A DNA stretch of 64,000 nucleotides from assembly GCA_045863395.1 (NCBI GenBank), contig BTVJ01000028.1:1-64000 (forward strand). Direction: 5' to 3'. Positions 1 to 9,294 of the stretch are shown here, in pieces; position 1 is the first letter of the stretch, and every line of letters starts with the position of its first letter. The notes under the pieces were generated by a model that saw nothing but the letters and a program-made list of their open reading frames with translations, did not search any database and was not told the DNA's origin. Made by a program: the position numbers and the translations under genes. This stretch comes from Myxococcales bacterium (GTDB lineage: Bacteria > Myxococcota_A > UBA9042 > JABWCM01 > BTVJ01).

Positions 1-1400
1 GTGCCGGCGACGGGCTGTGTCCAGGTCAACAACGCCGCTCCGTGCGACGACGGCAACGCCTGCACCACCTCAGACTCGTGCAGCGGCGGCGTCTGCGTCG
101 GTGGGGTCGCCCCCGACTGCAACGACGGCAACGTCTGCACGACGGACTCCTGTGTGCCGGCGACGGGATGTGTCCAGGTCAACAACGCCGCTCCGTGCGA
201 CGACGGCAACGCCTGCACCACCGCGGACACGTGCAGCGGTGGCGTGTGCGTCGGTGGGGTCGCCCCCAACTGCGACGACGGCAACGTCTGCACCACGGAC
301 TCGTGTGTGCCGGCGACGGGCTGTGTCCAGGTCAACAACGCCGCTCCGTGCGACGACGGCAGCGCCTGCACTACCTCAGACACGTGCAGCGGCGGCGTCT
401 GCGTCGGTGGGGCGCCCCCCAACTGCAACGACGGGAACGTCTGCACGACGGACTCCTGCGCGCCGGCAGTGGGTTGCGTGAACGCCGTCAACACGGTGGC
501 GTGCGACGACGGCGACGCCTGCACCACCACGGACACGTGCAGCGGTGGCGTGTGCGTCGGTGGAGTCACCCCGGACTGCGACGACGGCAACCTCTGCACC
601 ACGGACTCCTGCGCGCCGGCGACGGGCTGCGTGAACGCGAACGACACCGCGGCGTGCGACGACGGCGACGCCTGCACCACGGCGGACACATGCACCGGCG
701 GGGTGTGCGTGGGTGGGGCACCACCCAACTGCGACGACGGCAACCTCTGCACCAGCGACTCGTGCTTGCCCGCGACCGGGTGCGTGAACGCGAGCAACAC
801 CCTGGCGTGCGACGACGGCGACGCCTGCACCACCGCCGACTCGTGCAGCGGCGGGGTGTGCGCCGGTGGAGTCACCCTGGACTGCGACGACGGCAACGTC
901 TGCACCACGGACTCCTGCGCGCCAGCGACGGGCTGTGTCCACGTCGACAACACCGTGGCATGCGACGACGGCAACGCCTGCACCACGGCCGACTCGTGCG
1001 GCGGTGGGGTGTGCGAGGGTGGGGCACCACCCAACTGCGACGACGGGAACGTCTGCACCGACGACTCCTGTGCACCGGCGACGGGCTGCGTCCACGCCGA
1101 CAACACCCTGGCGTGCAGCGATGGCAGCGTGTGCACGACGTCGGACGCGTGCAGCGGTGGGGTGTGCGTCGGGGGGGCCCCCATCCACTGCGACGACGGC
1201 AACGTCTGCACGACCGACTCCTGCGCGCCCACCACCGGCTGCAAGCACACGAACAACACGTTGGCGTGCGACGACGACGATGCGTGCACCACTGCCGACA
1301 CGTGCAGCGGAGGGCATTGTCTCGGCATGGGGTCACGGAGCTGCGACGACGGCAACGTCTGCACGGACGACCCCTGCGACGAGGTCGACGGCTGCGTGTA
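1..1400 (+). repeat. Intragenic tandem repeat, 153-bp (51-aa) period
   Basis: GTGCCGGCGACGGG(C/A)TGTGTCCAGGTCAACAACGCC recurs at 1, 154 and 307; later units are more diverged. Confidence 0.85.
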
Positions 1401-2409
1401 CTTCCCGAGCCCGGGCCCGTGCAGCGACGGCGACGCGTGCACCTCCGGGGACTCCTGCGCCAGCATGGCGTGCGCCCCTGGGACGCCGGTCGTCTGCGAG
1501 GACGGGGTGGCCTGCACCGCCGACTCCTGCGCTCCCGCCTCCGGCTGCGCCTACACGCCGCAGGACGCCGCGTGCGACGACGACGAGCCCTGCACCCTGG
1601 ACACGTGCGGTCTTGGGGGGTGCTCCCACGAGGCCGTCGCCGACCACACACCCTGCGATGATGGCGACCCGACCACCCACGGTGACACGTGCGAGGCGGG
1701 CGTCTGCGCCGGATCGCCCGACCCGTGCGACGATCCGGGCATCGCCTACGACATCCCCCTCACGTCCTCCTGCCCCGCGGGCTGCTCTGCCGGCGACCTC
1801 CCCGACTGGGACGTCGTCGAGGTGGGGACCAACGGCCCGAGCCACAACCAGTGGTACGTGAGCCTTGCCGAGGGGGCGATGGCTCCCGGCACCTGCGGCG
1901 GCTCGGGAGACGAGGCGACCCTGCACGTCGGGCACGCGCCCCTGTCCCCGGACGGCGCGTGCCCGCTCGGGGATTGCGGCGCCACCTACGACGACAGCCC
2001 CGACGCGGAGACCCACCTGCGCCTGCAGACCGCCCCCATGGAGGTCCACGCGTCCTGCGGGCGTGTGTGGGTCGATTTCTTCGCCAGCGCGTCGGAGGGC
2101 GACGGAGCCAGCCTCGTGTACAGCCTCGACGGCGGGACGACGTGGCACCCCCTCGTAGCGACCCTCGAGTCCTCCTGCTGCTGCGCCGACCCCGTGGCCT
2201 GCACGCCGCTGGAGACCGACGTGCCCTGCGCGGGCAGCGCCTCCTCCGGCCAGTGGACTCGGGTGACCGCCGATCTGCCGCCCGAGGCCCACGGCGCCCC
2301 CGACCTGCGCCTGGGCTTGCTGTGGCAGAACGACGGCGGGTCCACGCCCGCGACCGTGTCCTTCGCGGTCGCTCGAGTGCGCGTGACGGCGTCCCCCGCC
2401 CCTCCGTAA
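1..2409 (+). CDS. Cys-rich repeat surface protein (CTDC/Dictyostelium-type repeats) with C-terminal beta-sandwich domain; 5'-partial
   Basis: Frame is open from base 1. Many C-D-D-G-[ND]-x-C-T-x-D-x-C modules; C-terminal domain contains Asp-box-like SLDGGTTW; TAA at 2407-2409. Confidence 0.85.
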   Translation: MPATGCVQVNNAAPCDDGNACTTSDSCSGGVCVGGVAPDCNDGNVCTTDSCVPATGCVQVNNAAPCDDGNACTTADTCSGGVCVGGVAPNCDDGNVCTTDSCVPATGCVQVNNAAPCDDGSACTTSDTCSGGVCVGGAPPNCNDGNVCTTDSCAPAVGCVNAVNTVACDDGDACTTTDTCSGGVCVGGVTPDCDDGNLCTTDSCAPATGCVNANDTAACDDGDACTTADTCTGGVCVGGAPPNCDDGNLCTSDSCLPATGCVNASNTLACDDGDACTTADSCSGGVCAGGVTLDCDDGNVCTTDSCAPATGCVHVDNTVACDDGNACTTADSCGGGVCEGGAPPNCDDGNVCTDDSCAPATGCVHADNTLACSDGSVCTTSDACSGGVCVGGAPIHCDDGNVCTTDSCAPTTGCKHTNNTLACDDDDACTTADTCSGGHCLGMGSRSCDDGNVCTDDPCDEVDGCVYFPSPGPCSDGDACTSGDSCASMACAPGTPVVCEDGVACTADSCAPASGCAYTPQDAACDDDEPCTLDTCGLGGCSHEAVADHTPCDDGDPTTHGDTCEAGVCAGSPDPCDDPGIAYDIPLTSSCPAGCSAGDLPDWDVVEVGTNGPSHNQWYVSLAEGAMAPGTCGGSGDEATLHVGHAPLSPDGACPLGDCGATYDDSPDAETHLRLQTAPMEVHASCGRVWVDFFASASEGDGASLVYSLDGGTTWHPLVATLESSCCCADPVACTPLETDVPCAGSASSGQWTRVTADLPPEAHGAPDLRLGLLWQNDGGSTPATVSFAVARVRVTASPAPP

Positions 2410-2606
2410 CCGCCCCCGCACCCCCCCGACCCGCCCGATTGACAAGCTCCACTACCCGTCTACTAGACTGGTGAGCGGGACGGCCTCTACGCGACGCCAC
2501 GGCCCGCGGCCTGCGCGACGCCGGGCGAGAGGACACGGGATGACAGGCCACCACCCGGGCGACTCGTGTCGCGCGGACACCCGGGCGGGGCGGCGGAGGC
2601 GAGACG

Positions 2607-3866
2607 ATGTTCGGCAAGCGGGATACGGAAGTCCTGGTGGTCGGTGCCGGCCCGGTGGGCCTGTTCTCTGCGCTGCTCCTGACGGAGCGAGGGATCGACG
2701 TCCAGATCATCGACGCGGAGTGGCGGCCTGCCGCCCACGCCTACGCCCTGGCGCTGCACCCCAAGTCCCTGGAGCTGCTCGACGGCCTCGGGCTCGCCGC
2801 CCCCCTGGTCGAGCAGGGCTACCGGGTCAACAAGGTGGGCCTCTACGACGGCGCGACTCGAGCCGCCGAGCTTGACCTGGGCCGCATCGGGTCCAAGTTC
2901 CCCTACGTGCTCGTGATGCCCCAGAGCGACCTGGAGTCTGCGCTCACCGCCTCGCTCGACTCGCGGAAGGTCAAGGTCCAGTGGGACCACCGGGTCTCGG
3001 AGCTGGTGGCCGACGGGCCGCGCACCGTGGCGGTCGTGGACCGCTGGGAGAAGGAGTCCGTCGGCTATGCCACCTCGGGCGTCCAGCGGATCATCGGCAA
3101 GACCTTCAAGACGCACTTCGACCTGGCCGTGGCGGCGGACGGCCACCGCTCCACCATGCGCCGCCTCGTGGACATCGGCTTCGAGCAGACGGCTCGCGCG
3201 GACCAGTTCGCGGTCTTCGAGTTCGAGACCGACGCGGACCTGGGTCACGAGCTGCGCATCGTGCTGAAGGACGGCCTCGCCAGCGTGTTGTGGCCCCTGC
3301 CGGGGGGGCGCTGCCGCTGGAGCTTCCAGCTCCCCCCGGAGGAGGAGGTCGACGCGGAGCGCCCGAAGAGCCGACTGAGCGTGCAGATCGGGGAGCGGAC
3401 CTTCCCGCACATGACCCCGGACTACCTGACGCGCGTCATCGGGGAGCGAGCGCCCTGGTTCCGCGGCAGCATCGGCGAGGTCAACTGGTCCCTGGTGGTG
3501 CGCTTCGAGCGCCGCCTGGCCGACCGCTTCGGGCAGGGGCGCGTGTGGCTCTGCGGTGACTCGGGTCACCTGGCGGGACCGGCCGCGGTCCAGAGCATGA
3601 ACGTGGGCCTGCGGGAGGCAGCGGACCTGGCGGCCCGCTTCAACGCCATCCTCCGCGGAGGCAAGCCGCTCCAAATCCTCGACGAGTACAACGTGGAGCG
3701 CCTCTCCGAGTGGCGACGCCTCTTGCGCGTCGAGGGGGGCCTCCGCGCGACGAGCGGGGCCAGCCCCTGGGTGGCTCAGAACGCGGCGGCCATCCAGGGC
3801 TGCATTCCGGCGTCGGGGGAGCACCTGCTCCAGCTCGCCGGACAGCTCGGCCTCGAGATGGCGTGA
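2607..3866 (+). CDS. FAD-dependent monooxygenase (FAD_binding_3, PheA/TfdB-like)
   Basis: GAGPVG dinucleotide-binding motif, ADGHRS (DG motif), CGDSGH..P...QSMN (GD motif); GGAGG RBS upstream. Confidence 0.85.
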   Translation: MFGKRDTEVLVVGAGPVGLFSALLLTERGIDVQIIDAEWRPAAHAYALALHPKSLELLDGLGLAAPLVEQGYRVNKVGLYDGATRAAELDLGRIGSKFPYVLVMPQSDLESALTASLDSRKVKVQWDHRVSELVADGPRTVAVVDRWEKESVGYATSGVQRIIGKTFKTHFDLAVAADGHRSTMRRLVDIGFEQTARADQFAVFEFETDADLGHELRIVLKDGLASVLWPLPGGRCRWSFQLPPEEEVDAERPKSRLSVQIGERTFPHMTPDYLTRVIGERAPWFRGSIGEVNWSLVVRFERRLADRFGQGRVWLCGDSGHLAGPAAVQSMNVGLREAADLAARFNAILRGGKPLQILDEYNVERLSEWRRLLRVEGGLRATSGASPWVAQNAAAIQGCIPASGEHLLQLAGQLGLEMA

Positions 3867-3870
3867 GGAG

Positions 3871-6783
3871 CTACCAGAGGAAGGTCAGGTCGGCGAAGAG
3901 CGTGCGCCCGGGCTGGGCGAGCACGACATCCTTCAGCTCCTCGCCGACCGGGTGCCCGTGGCGCCAGTCGAGCAGGTTTCGCACGCCCGCCGCGTAGCGC
4001 AGGTGGGCCGGCGTCACCGTCCCCGACAAGGCCACGTCCCAGAGCAGCGCGGCGTCCCCCGTCTCCCCCGTGCGATCCAGGCGTCCCGACTCAACCACCA
4101 GCCGCGAGGCGACGAGCAGCTCGGGCCTGGCGATGGGCGCGACGATCTTGAGCGCGGCGGTGTGCTCCGGCGAGTTGGTCAGCTCGGCTCCGCTGAGCAG
4201 CTCCCCGCGGCGCGTGGCCTGCCACGTGTACTGCGCGGCCACCATGAAGCCGCGGCGGAGCTCCTTGCTCAGCTCCACCTCGGCGCCCAGCGTCCAGACA
4301 TCCTCCGTGGAGTTGACGTAGCGCAGCGGATCCTCCTGAGTGCCCTCCCCGGTCTGCTCGATGAGCGCGGAGATGGCGTTGAGGAACACCCCGCCCGTGA
4401 CCGTCAGGTCCCAGGGCAGCGCGTGGGAGTACTCCACCTGCCCGGTGTAGACGGTCTCCGGCTCCAGGTCCGGGCTCTGGATCTGCGTCCTGCCGCCGTC
4501 CCAGTAGGTCAGCTCGTAGATGGACGGCGCGCGGAAGGCGCTGCCGCCCATCAGCTTGAGGGTGCCGTCCTCCACGGGGTGGAAGATCAGCGCGAGGCGT
4601 GGATTGACCGACGACAGGAACCGCTCCCCAACGGTGCCATCCGTCTGCCGCAGGTCCGCGATCCACCAGCCGTCGAACCGGACTCCCGCCGACACGGTGA
4701 ACCAGTCGATGGGCGAGTAGTCTCCGACGGCGAAAGCTGAGACCACGTGGTAGGGATGCTGCTCGTCCAGGTAGGTCCCGTCCTCCGAGGAGCCGCGGGC
4801 GTCACTGCCGAAGTGGAGCTGATACTCGGCGCCCACCGTCAGTCGGAGACCGTCCGCCGGGCGGAACAGGCCGCGCAGGTCGAAGGTGAGCCAGTCTCCC
4901 GCGTAGGTCTCCTCGAAGACTCCTCCGTCCTCGGCGGCGTAGGGGAAGGTGCCCTCGTACCAGACGTGGTCATAGGACACGCGCGCAAGGAGCTGGACCT
5001 CGTCGCTCAGCTCCGGCTCGTAGCGCACCTCGACGAAGGCGCGGCGGTCGTCGATCTCGTTCCGAGGGTCTCCGTACAGGACGTCGAACGCGCCCGTCGC
5101 CAGCCCTTTGGTCCGCTGGTTGAAGTACCACTGCACGGTCAGGTCCCTCCACCACGCCCGGCCGAGGAAGCCACCTGCCTCCAGGCCCCCCACGTTGCGC
5201 GCCACGCCGTCGGGCGCCTCCGCGGAGCCCACGCGGGCCGGAGAGAGAGAGTCCTGCGGCTGTCCGTAGAGACCGCCGCCAGAGACCCAGACCCCGCCCT
5301 CGTCGCCGATGGCAACGCCCATCCCTGCCGTCCCCCGGAAGGTGCCGTCGCTGATGGCCGCGATGCCGGCCCGGGCGGGGCTGCGCGGCGGTAGAGCGTG
5401 GGTCTTCAGGTTGATCACGCCGAAGAAGGCGCCCGTTCCGTAGAGCACCGATCCCGGACCACGGACCAGCTCGACCCGCTCGATGGCCTCCAGATCGCTC
5501 AACAGGTCGAAGCCCACGAAGGAGGACCCGATCCAGTCGTCGTTGACGGTGTGTCCGTCGATCTGCACGAGCACGCGATTCCCATATTGCCCGAAGGGCG
5601 CGAAGCCCCGGACGCCCAGCGAATTGTAGGACCCGTCGCTGGTCTGATAGACCCCGCGCTCGCCGGAGACCGCCTCTGCGAGAGTGAAGGCCCCGAAGGC
5701 CTCCAGCTCGCGCTCCGGGATCAGCGACACCGACGCAGGCGCGTCCCGCACGGCCTCGGTGGCGCGGGAGGCGGCGGCCACCTCGTCCGCCACCGCCAGC
5801 TCGGCCTCCACCAGGACCCTCTCGTCGGGACCGACCCGCAGCCTCGAGCGCCAGGGACGGAAGCCCTCGGCGGAGACCACCACCTCGTGCTCACCGGCGG
5901 GAACTCCCTCGATGACGGCCGGAGTGAAGCCCGCGGCCTTGCCGTCGATGAGGATCAGCGCGTCGCGCTCGTCGGCCTGCACCACCAGGGCGCCGGTCTG
6001 TCGCACGAGCTGTACGGGCAGCTCCGTCACGGACTGGGCCTCTACACGGACGACCAGCTCCCGCGGGACCCAGCCCGGGTGGGTCACCGTCACCTGGTGC
6101 TCACCGGGCGACAGCTCCACCGTGCCGGGCAGCGTCGTCGTCACCGGACCCTCGGGCGCCTCGATGCGCACCGTGGCCCCCTCGGGGCCCCCCGTCAGGC
6201 GCACGGTCCCCAGGACGCGGACGAGCTGCGCCCGGACCTGGGCCCTCTCGCCCACCACCAGCGTCACCGCAGTCTGCTCGAAGGGCTCGTAGCCAGGCCG
6301 CTCCAGAATGACCGTCGTCGTCCCCGGCGCCATGGCGAGCACCCGGGGCGTGGTGCCGTAGCTCCCCAGCTCGCGCCGTCCCACATAGAGGGTCGCCCCC
6401 GGCGGCGTAGACGCCACGTCCAGGAGGGCCACTGACGGGCTCACGCGGCGGAGACCCTCTTCGACGGCAGTGCGCACCTCGGCCGGCAGCTCCCCGTCAG
6501 CCAGCTCCTGGTAGTAGCGGAACGCTTCGACGAACTGCCCCAGCTTCTCGTAGGCCCTCGCGATGTTGAACAGCACGTTGCGGTTGGGTGCCAGGCGGTT
6601 GGACGCAAACCAGTGGGAGAGGGCGCCCCGCCAGTCCTGGCGGAGGTAGGCGTCATTGCCGAGAAGGAACTGCACCTCCGCCTCGTCGGCCTCGCCGGTG
6701 ACCTGCTGCGCGGTGGCCGCGCGCGGCGACCAGGTCGACAGGGCAAGGACGGCGACCAGGGCGAGCGCGCGACACGGGAGCAT
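3871..6783 (-). CDS. TonB-dependent receptor with N-terminal TPR and PEGA domains
   Basis: Signal peptide; TPR segment (NVLFNIARAYEKLG); about three PEGA repeats (STPPGATLYV..G.TP); plug motifs ASR..DAPASVS, LGVRGF, IERVELVRGPGSVLYG..A..GVIN; barrel AFRAPS, LEPET; terminal aromatic W. Confidence 0.9.
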   Translation of the reverse strand: MLPCRALALVAVLALSTWSPRAATAQQVTGEADEAEVQFLLGNDAYLRQDWRGALSHWFASNRLAPNRNVLFNIARAYEKLGQFVEAFRYYQELADGELPAEVRTAVEEGLRRVSPSVALLDVASTPPGATLYVGRRELGSYGTTPRVLAMAPGTTTVILERPGYEPFEQTAVTLVVGERAQVRAQLVRVLGTVRLTGGPEGATVRIEAPEGPVTTTLPGTVELSPGEHQVTVTHPGWVPRELVVRVEAQSVTELPVQLVRQTGALVVQADERDALILIDGKAAGFTPAVIEGVPAGEHEVVVSAEGFRPWRSRLRVGPDERVLVEAELAVADEVAAASRATEAVRDAPASVSLIPERELEAFGAFTLAEAVSGERGVYQTSDGSYNSLGVRGFAPFGQYGNRVLVQIDGHTVNDDWIGSSFVGFDLLSDLEAIERVELVRGPGSVLYGTGAFFGVINLKTHALPPRSPARAGIAAISDGTFRGTAGMGVAIGDEGGVWVSGGGLYGQPQDSLSPARVGSAEAPDGVARNVGGLEAGGFLGRAWWRDLTVQWYFNQRTKGLATGAFDVLYGDPRNEIDDRRAFVEVRYEPELSDEVQLLARVSYDHVWYEGTFPYAAEDGGVFEETYAGDWLTFDLRGLFRPADGLRLTVGAEYQLHFGSDARGSSEDGTYLDEQHPYHVVSAFAVGDYSPIDWFTVSAGVRFDGWWIADLRQTDGTVGERFLSSVNPRLALIFHPVEDGTLKLMGGSAFRAPSIYELTYWDGGRTQIQSPDLEPETVYTGQVEYSHALPWDLTVTGGVFLNAISALIEQTGEGTQEDPLRYVNSTEDVWTLGAEVELSKELRRGFMVAAQYTWQATRRGELLSGAELTNSPEHTAALKIVAPIARPELLVASRLVVESGRLDRTGETGDAALLWDVALSGTVTPAHLRYAAGVRNLLDWRHGHPVGEELKDVVLAQPGRTLFADLTFLW

Positions 6784-6791
6784 GTTGCCTC

Positions 6792-8486
6792 TCAGCGGGT
6801 GAGCTTGATGTCGACCGAGCCGTCCTGGCCCTTGGGGATCTTGCGCACGGCGGGGAGCGCCTGGAGCTTCACGGAGATCACGAGCTCCTCGGCGTCGTCG
6901 TCCACGTCGGCCGGGGGAGCGGCCGGGGCATCCCGGAACCCGGCCTTTCGGATCTTCCAGGCGCGCCCGGTCAGCTCCTCGCGCGGAACGATGGTGGAGA
7001 ACGGCGTCGGGCCGAGCACCTCGTCGCCCAGCACCACGTCGGCTCCCGAGGGCACCGACTCGATGCGGATGGCGACGTCCGTCGGCACCTCGGGCTCCGT
7101 GGGGACGGGCGCCACGACCAGCGGGACCTCGCGGGCGGGCGCCTCCGGCGCGGGGACGGCGGCCCCCTGCTCGGGCACCACTGGCGCCGTGTCCCGCCCG
7201 ACATGCGCGACCTGCGCGGGTTGCTCCGGGCTTGGCGCCTCGGCGCTCTGTGAGGGAGCAGCCTGTGGGGGCGGCTCCTGATCCGCAGCGATCTGAGCAG
7301 GGGCAGGCCGCTCAGCAGAATCCGAAGGCGCCTGGGACAGCCTGTCGAGCCAACGCGCCCCCAAATAACCAAAGATGAGGAGCACCAGGCCGGCAGCGAC
7401 CAGAACCAGCGGGCGAGCAACCCGCCCGGAGCGCGGGACCGTCCCGTGCGTGGAGGAGCCCACCGCAGGGTCGGGGAGCGGCGGAGGCGGGGGGAGGACC
7501 TCTTGGGGAACGGGCGCGCCGGCGCCCCCTTGGGTCGGAGCGGCCGCGCCGGGACGCGACCAGCCCGCTTCGCCCAGGTCCCGGTCCACCTGCTCCAGCA
7601 CGGTGAGGACCTCGCGCATGGACTTGGGCCGGAGCTGGGGCGACTTGGCGAGGCACTGCATGACCAGCGCCTCCAGCATCAGCGGGACCCGCACGCCGGG
7701 CTTCACGTCGGCGAGGGCTGGCGGCTTCTCCGTGAGGTGGGCAGCGATGAGCTGGCCGGCCTGCGGTCGCTCGCCCAGCGCGCGGAAGGGGGGGCGCCCA
7801 GCGAGCAGCTCGTAGAGCACGGTCCCGAAGGAGTAGATGTCCGTGCGCTGGTCCACGGGCTGCCCGGTCGCCTGCTCCGGGGACATGTAGGCCGGGGAGC
7901 CCACGAACGAGCCCTCCAGGGTCAGGTCGTCGTCCTCCTCGGTGTAGATGGACTTCACGAGGCCGAAGTCGACGACCTTGACGAACTCCGCGTCGCCACC
8001 CCGGCTGACCAGGAGGATGTTGGGCGGCTTGAGGTCCCGGTGGACGACCCCCGCCTCGTGGGCGTCGATGAGGGAGCTGGCGATCTGCCGCGCGATGTGC
8101 AGCGCTCGGGGAACCTCCAGCGCGCCATCTCGCTGGAGCACCTGGCGCAGGGTGGGCCCCTCCAGGTACTCCATGACGAGGTAGAGGCGGCCGTCGTCCA
8201 GCGTGCCGTAGTCGTGGACGACGACGGTGTTAGGGTGGTTGAGGCGGCTCGAGACCGTGGCCTCGCGCAGGAAGCGCCTGGTGTGCGCGTCGGCCTGGGA
8301 GTCCCGGACGGCACGCAGCGGGTCGAGCACCTTGACCGCGACGAAGCGCCCGAGCGGCTCCTGCACGCCCTTGTAGACCCGCCCTACGCCACCGCGGGCA
8401 ATGACGGACTGCAGGCGATACCGCCCCGCGACGGCCGTCCCGATGAGGCGGTCTGCTGCATCCCTGCTGGTCGCGCCCTGTGTCAT
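6792..8486 (-). CDS. Membrane-anchored Ser/Thr protein kinase (Hanks type) with C-terminal PEGA domain
   Basis: GGVGRVY, VAVK, HRDLKPPN, DFG, GSPAYMSPEQ, DIYSFG; one TM helix; C-terminal ESVPSGADV..G.TP. Confidence 0.95.
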   Translation of the reverse strand: MTQGATSRDAADRLIGTAVAGRYRLQSVIARGGVGRVYKGVQEPLGRFVAVKVLDPLRAVRDSQADAHTRRFLREATVSSRLNHPNTVVVHDYGTLDDGRLYLVMEYLEGPTLRQVLQRDGALEVPRALHIARQIASSLIDAHEAGVVHRDLKPPNILLVSRGGDAEFVKVVDFGLVKSIYTEEDDDLTLEGSFVGSPAYMSPEQATGQPVDQRTDIYSFGTVLYELLAGRPPFRALGERPQAGQLIAAHLTEKPPALADVKPGVRVPLMLEALVMQCLAKSPQLRPKSMREVLTVLEQVDRDLGEAGWSRPGAAAPTQGGAGAPVPQEVLPPPPPLPDPAVGSSTHGTVPRSGRVARPLVLVAAGLVLLIFGYLGARWLDRLSQAPSDSAERPAPAQIAADQEPPPQAAPSQSAEAPSPEQPAQVAHVGRDTAPVVPEQGAAVPAPEAPAREVPLVVAPVPTEPEVPTDVAIRIESVPSGADVVLGDEVLGPTPFSTIVPREELTGRAWKIRKAGFRDAPAAPPADVDDDAEELVISVKLQALPAVRKIPKGQDGSVDIKLTR

Positions 8487-8598
8487 CGCGTCCGTGCCAT
8501 CACCGCGGAAGCCTAGCCGGTTTCGGGGCCGGCGTCGACACGCTTGTGACGCCCCACGTCACCGCCTGGATCCACCCAGCAGCAAAGACGCCTCGGGG

Positions 8599-9291
8599 CT
8601 ACCTGCGGCGCCACGCGGGCAGGCGCAGGCCGTCCAGGGGGCGCGCGGCGACGTCGACGACCGCCGCAGCGAAGGCCGCCGCCGCGGCCTCCACCTCGTG
8701 GAGGGCGCCGGTCAGGTAGCCGCCGGCGAAGTTGGTCTCCGTGGGCGGCGGGAAGTGGCGCACCAGGCGGACGTCCGCCGCCTTGAGCGCGGCGTCGAGG
8801 CCGATGGTCGCCTCCAGGGGCGGGGCGATGAGGTAGGCCATGGGCGCCCCAGGGTCGAGGCCCGCCTGCGCGCTCAGGTAGCGGCCCAGCTCGGGGATCA
8901 CGTGGGGGAAGAAGGCGGGGCCGCCGCCCTCCGGCTGATAGAAGCAGATGGTCGTCGAGAGCGCCGTCGAGACTGCCTGCAGGCCCTCCTCGACGCTGTC
9001 GGGCTCGGCGGCGGCGAGGATGCCGAGGATCTCTCCCGAGAACGGCCCCGACGCGTGGGCCGCGCCAGCGTACAGGCTGCGCGCGAAGACCACGTCCACG
9101 TCGGCGAACTTGGTCGCGTGGTCCAGCGCCGCGTACAGGCTGTCGTCCTGATCACAGGTCACGAGGCCCAACGCGCGGTGCCGCGCCGGATCCAGAGCGA
9201 CCGGCGCGCCGATGGCTGCCAGCAGCGCCTCGTGCGCGTCCGGGAGGGTCCGGCAGGCCAGGATCTTCGGAGGGATGGGCATGATCGCCAT
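8599..9291 (-). CDS. eutL: Ethanolamine utilization microcompartment shell protein EutL (tandem BMC-T)
   Basis: LGLVTCDQDD, LDHATK, SLYAGAAHAS..SGE, YLIAPPLEA, PPTETNFAGGYLTG are EutL motifs; lies directly after eutC. Confidence 0.9.
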   Translation of the reverse strand: MAIMPIPPKILACRTLPDAHEALLAAIGAPVALDPARHRALGLVTCDQDDSLYAALDHATKFADVDVVFARSLYAGAAHASGPFSGEILGILAAAEPDSVEEGLQAVSTALSTTICFYQPEGGGPAFFPHVIPELGRYLSAQAGLDPGAPMAYLIAPPLEATIGLDAALKAADVRLVRHFPPPTETNFAGGYLTGALHEVEAAAAAFAAAVVDVAARPLDGLRLPAWRRR

Positions 9292-9294
9292 GCG

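Noticed and set aside
2439..2469. Sigma-70 promoter TTGACA...TAGACT
   Set aside because: Perfect -35 but a 19-nt spacer; not supportable enough to list as a feature.
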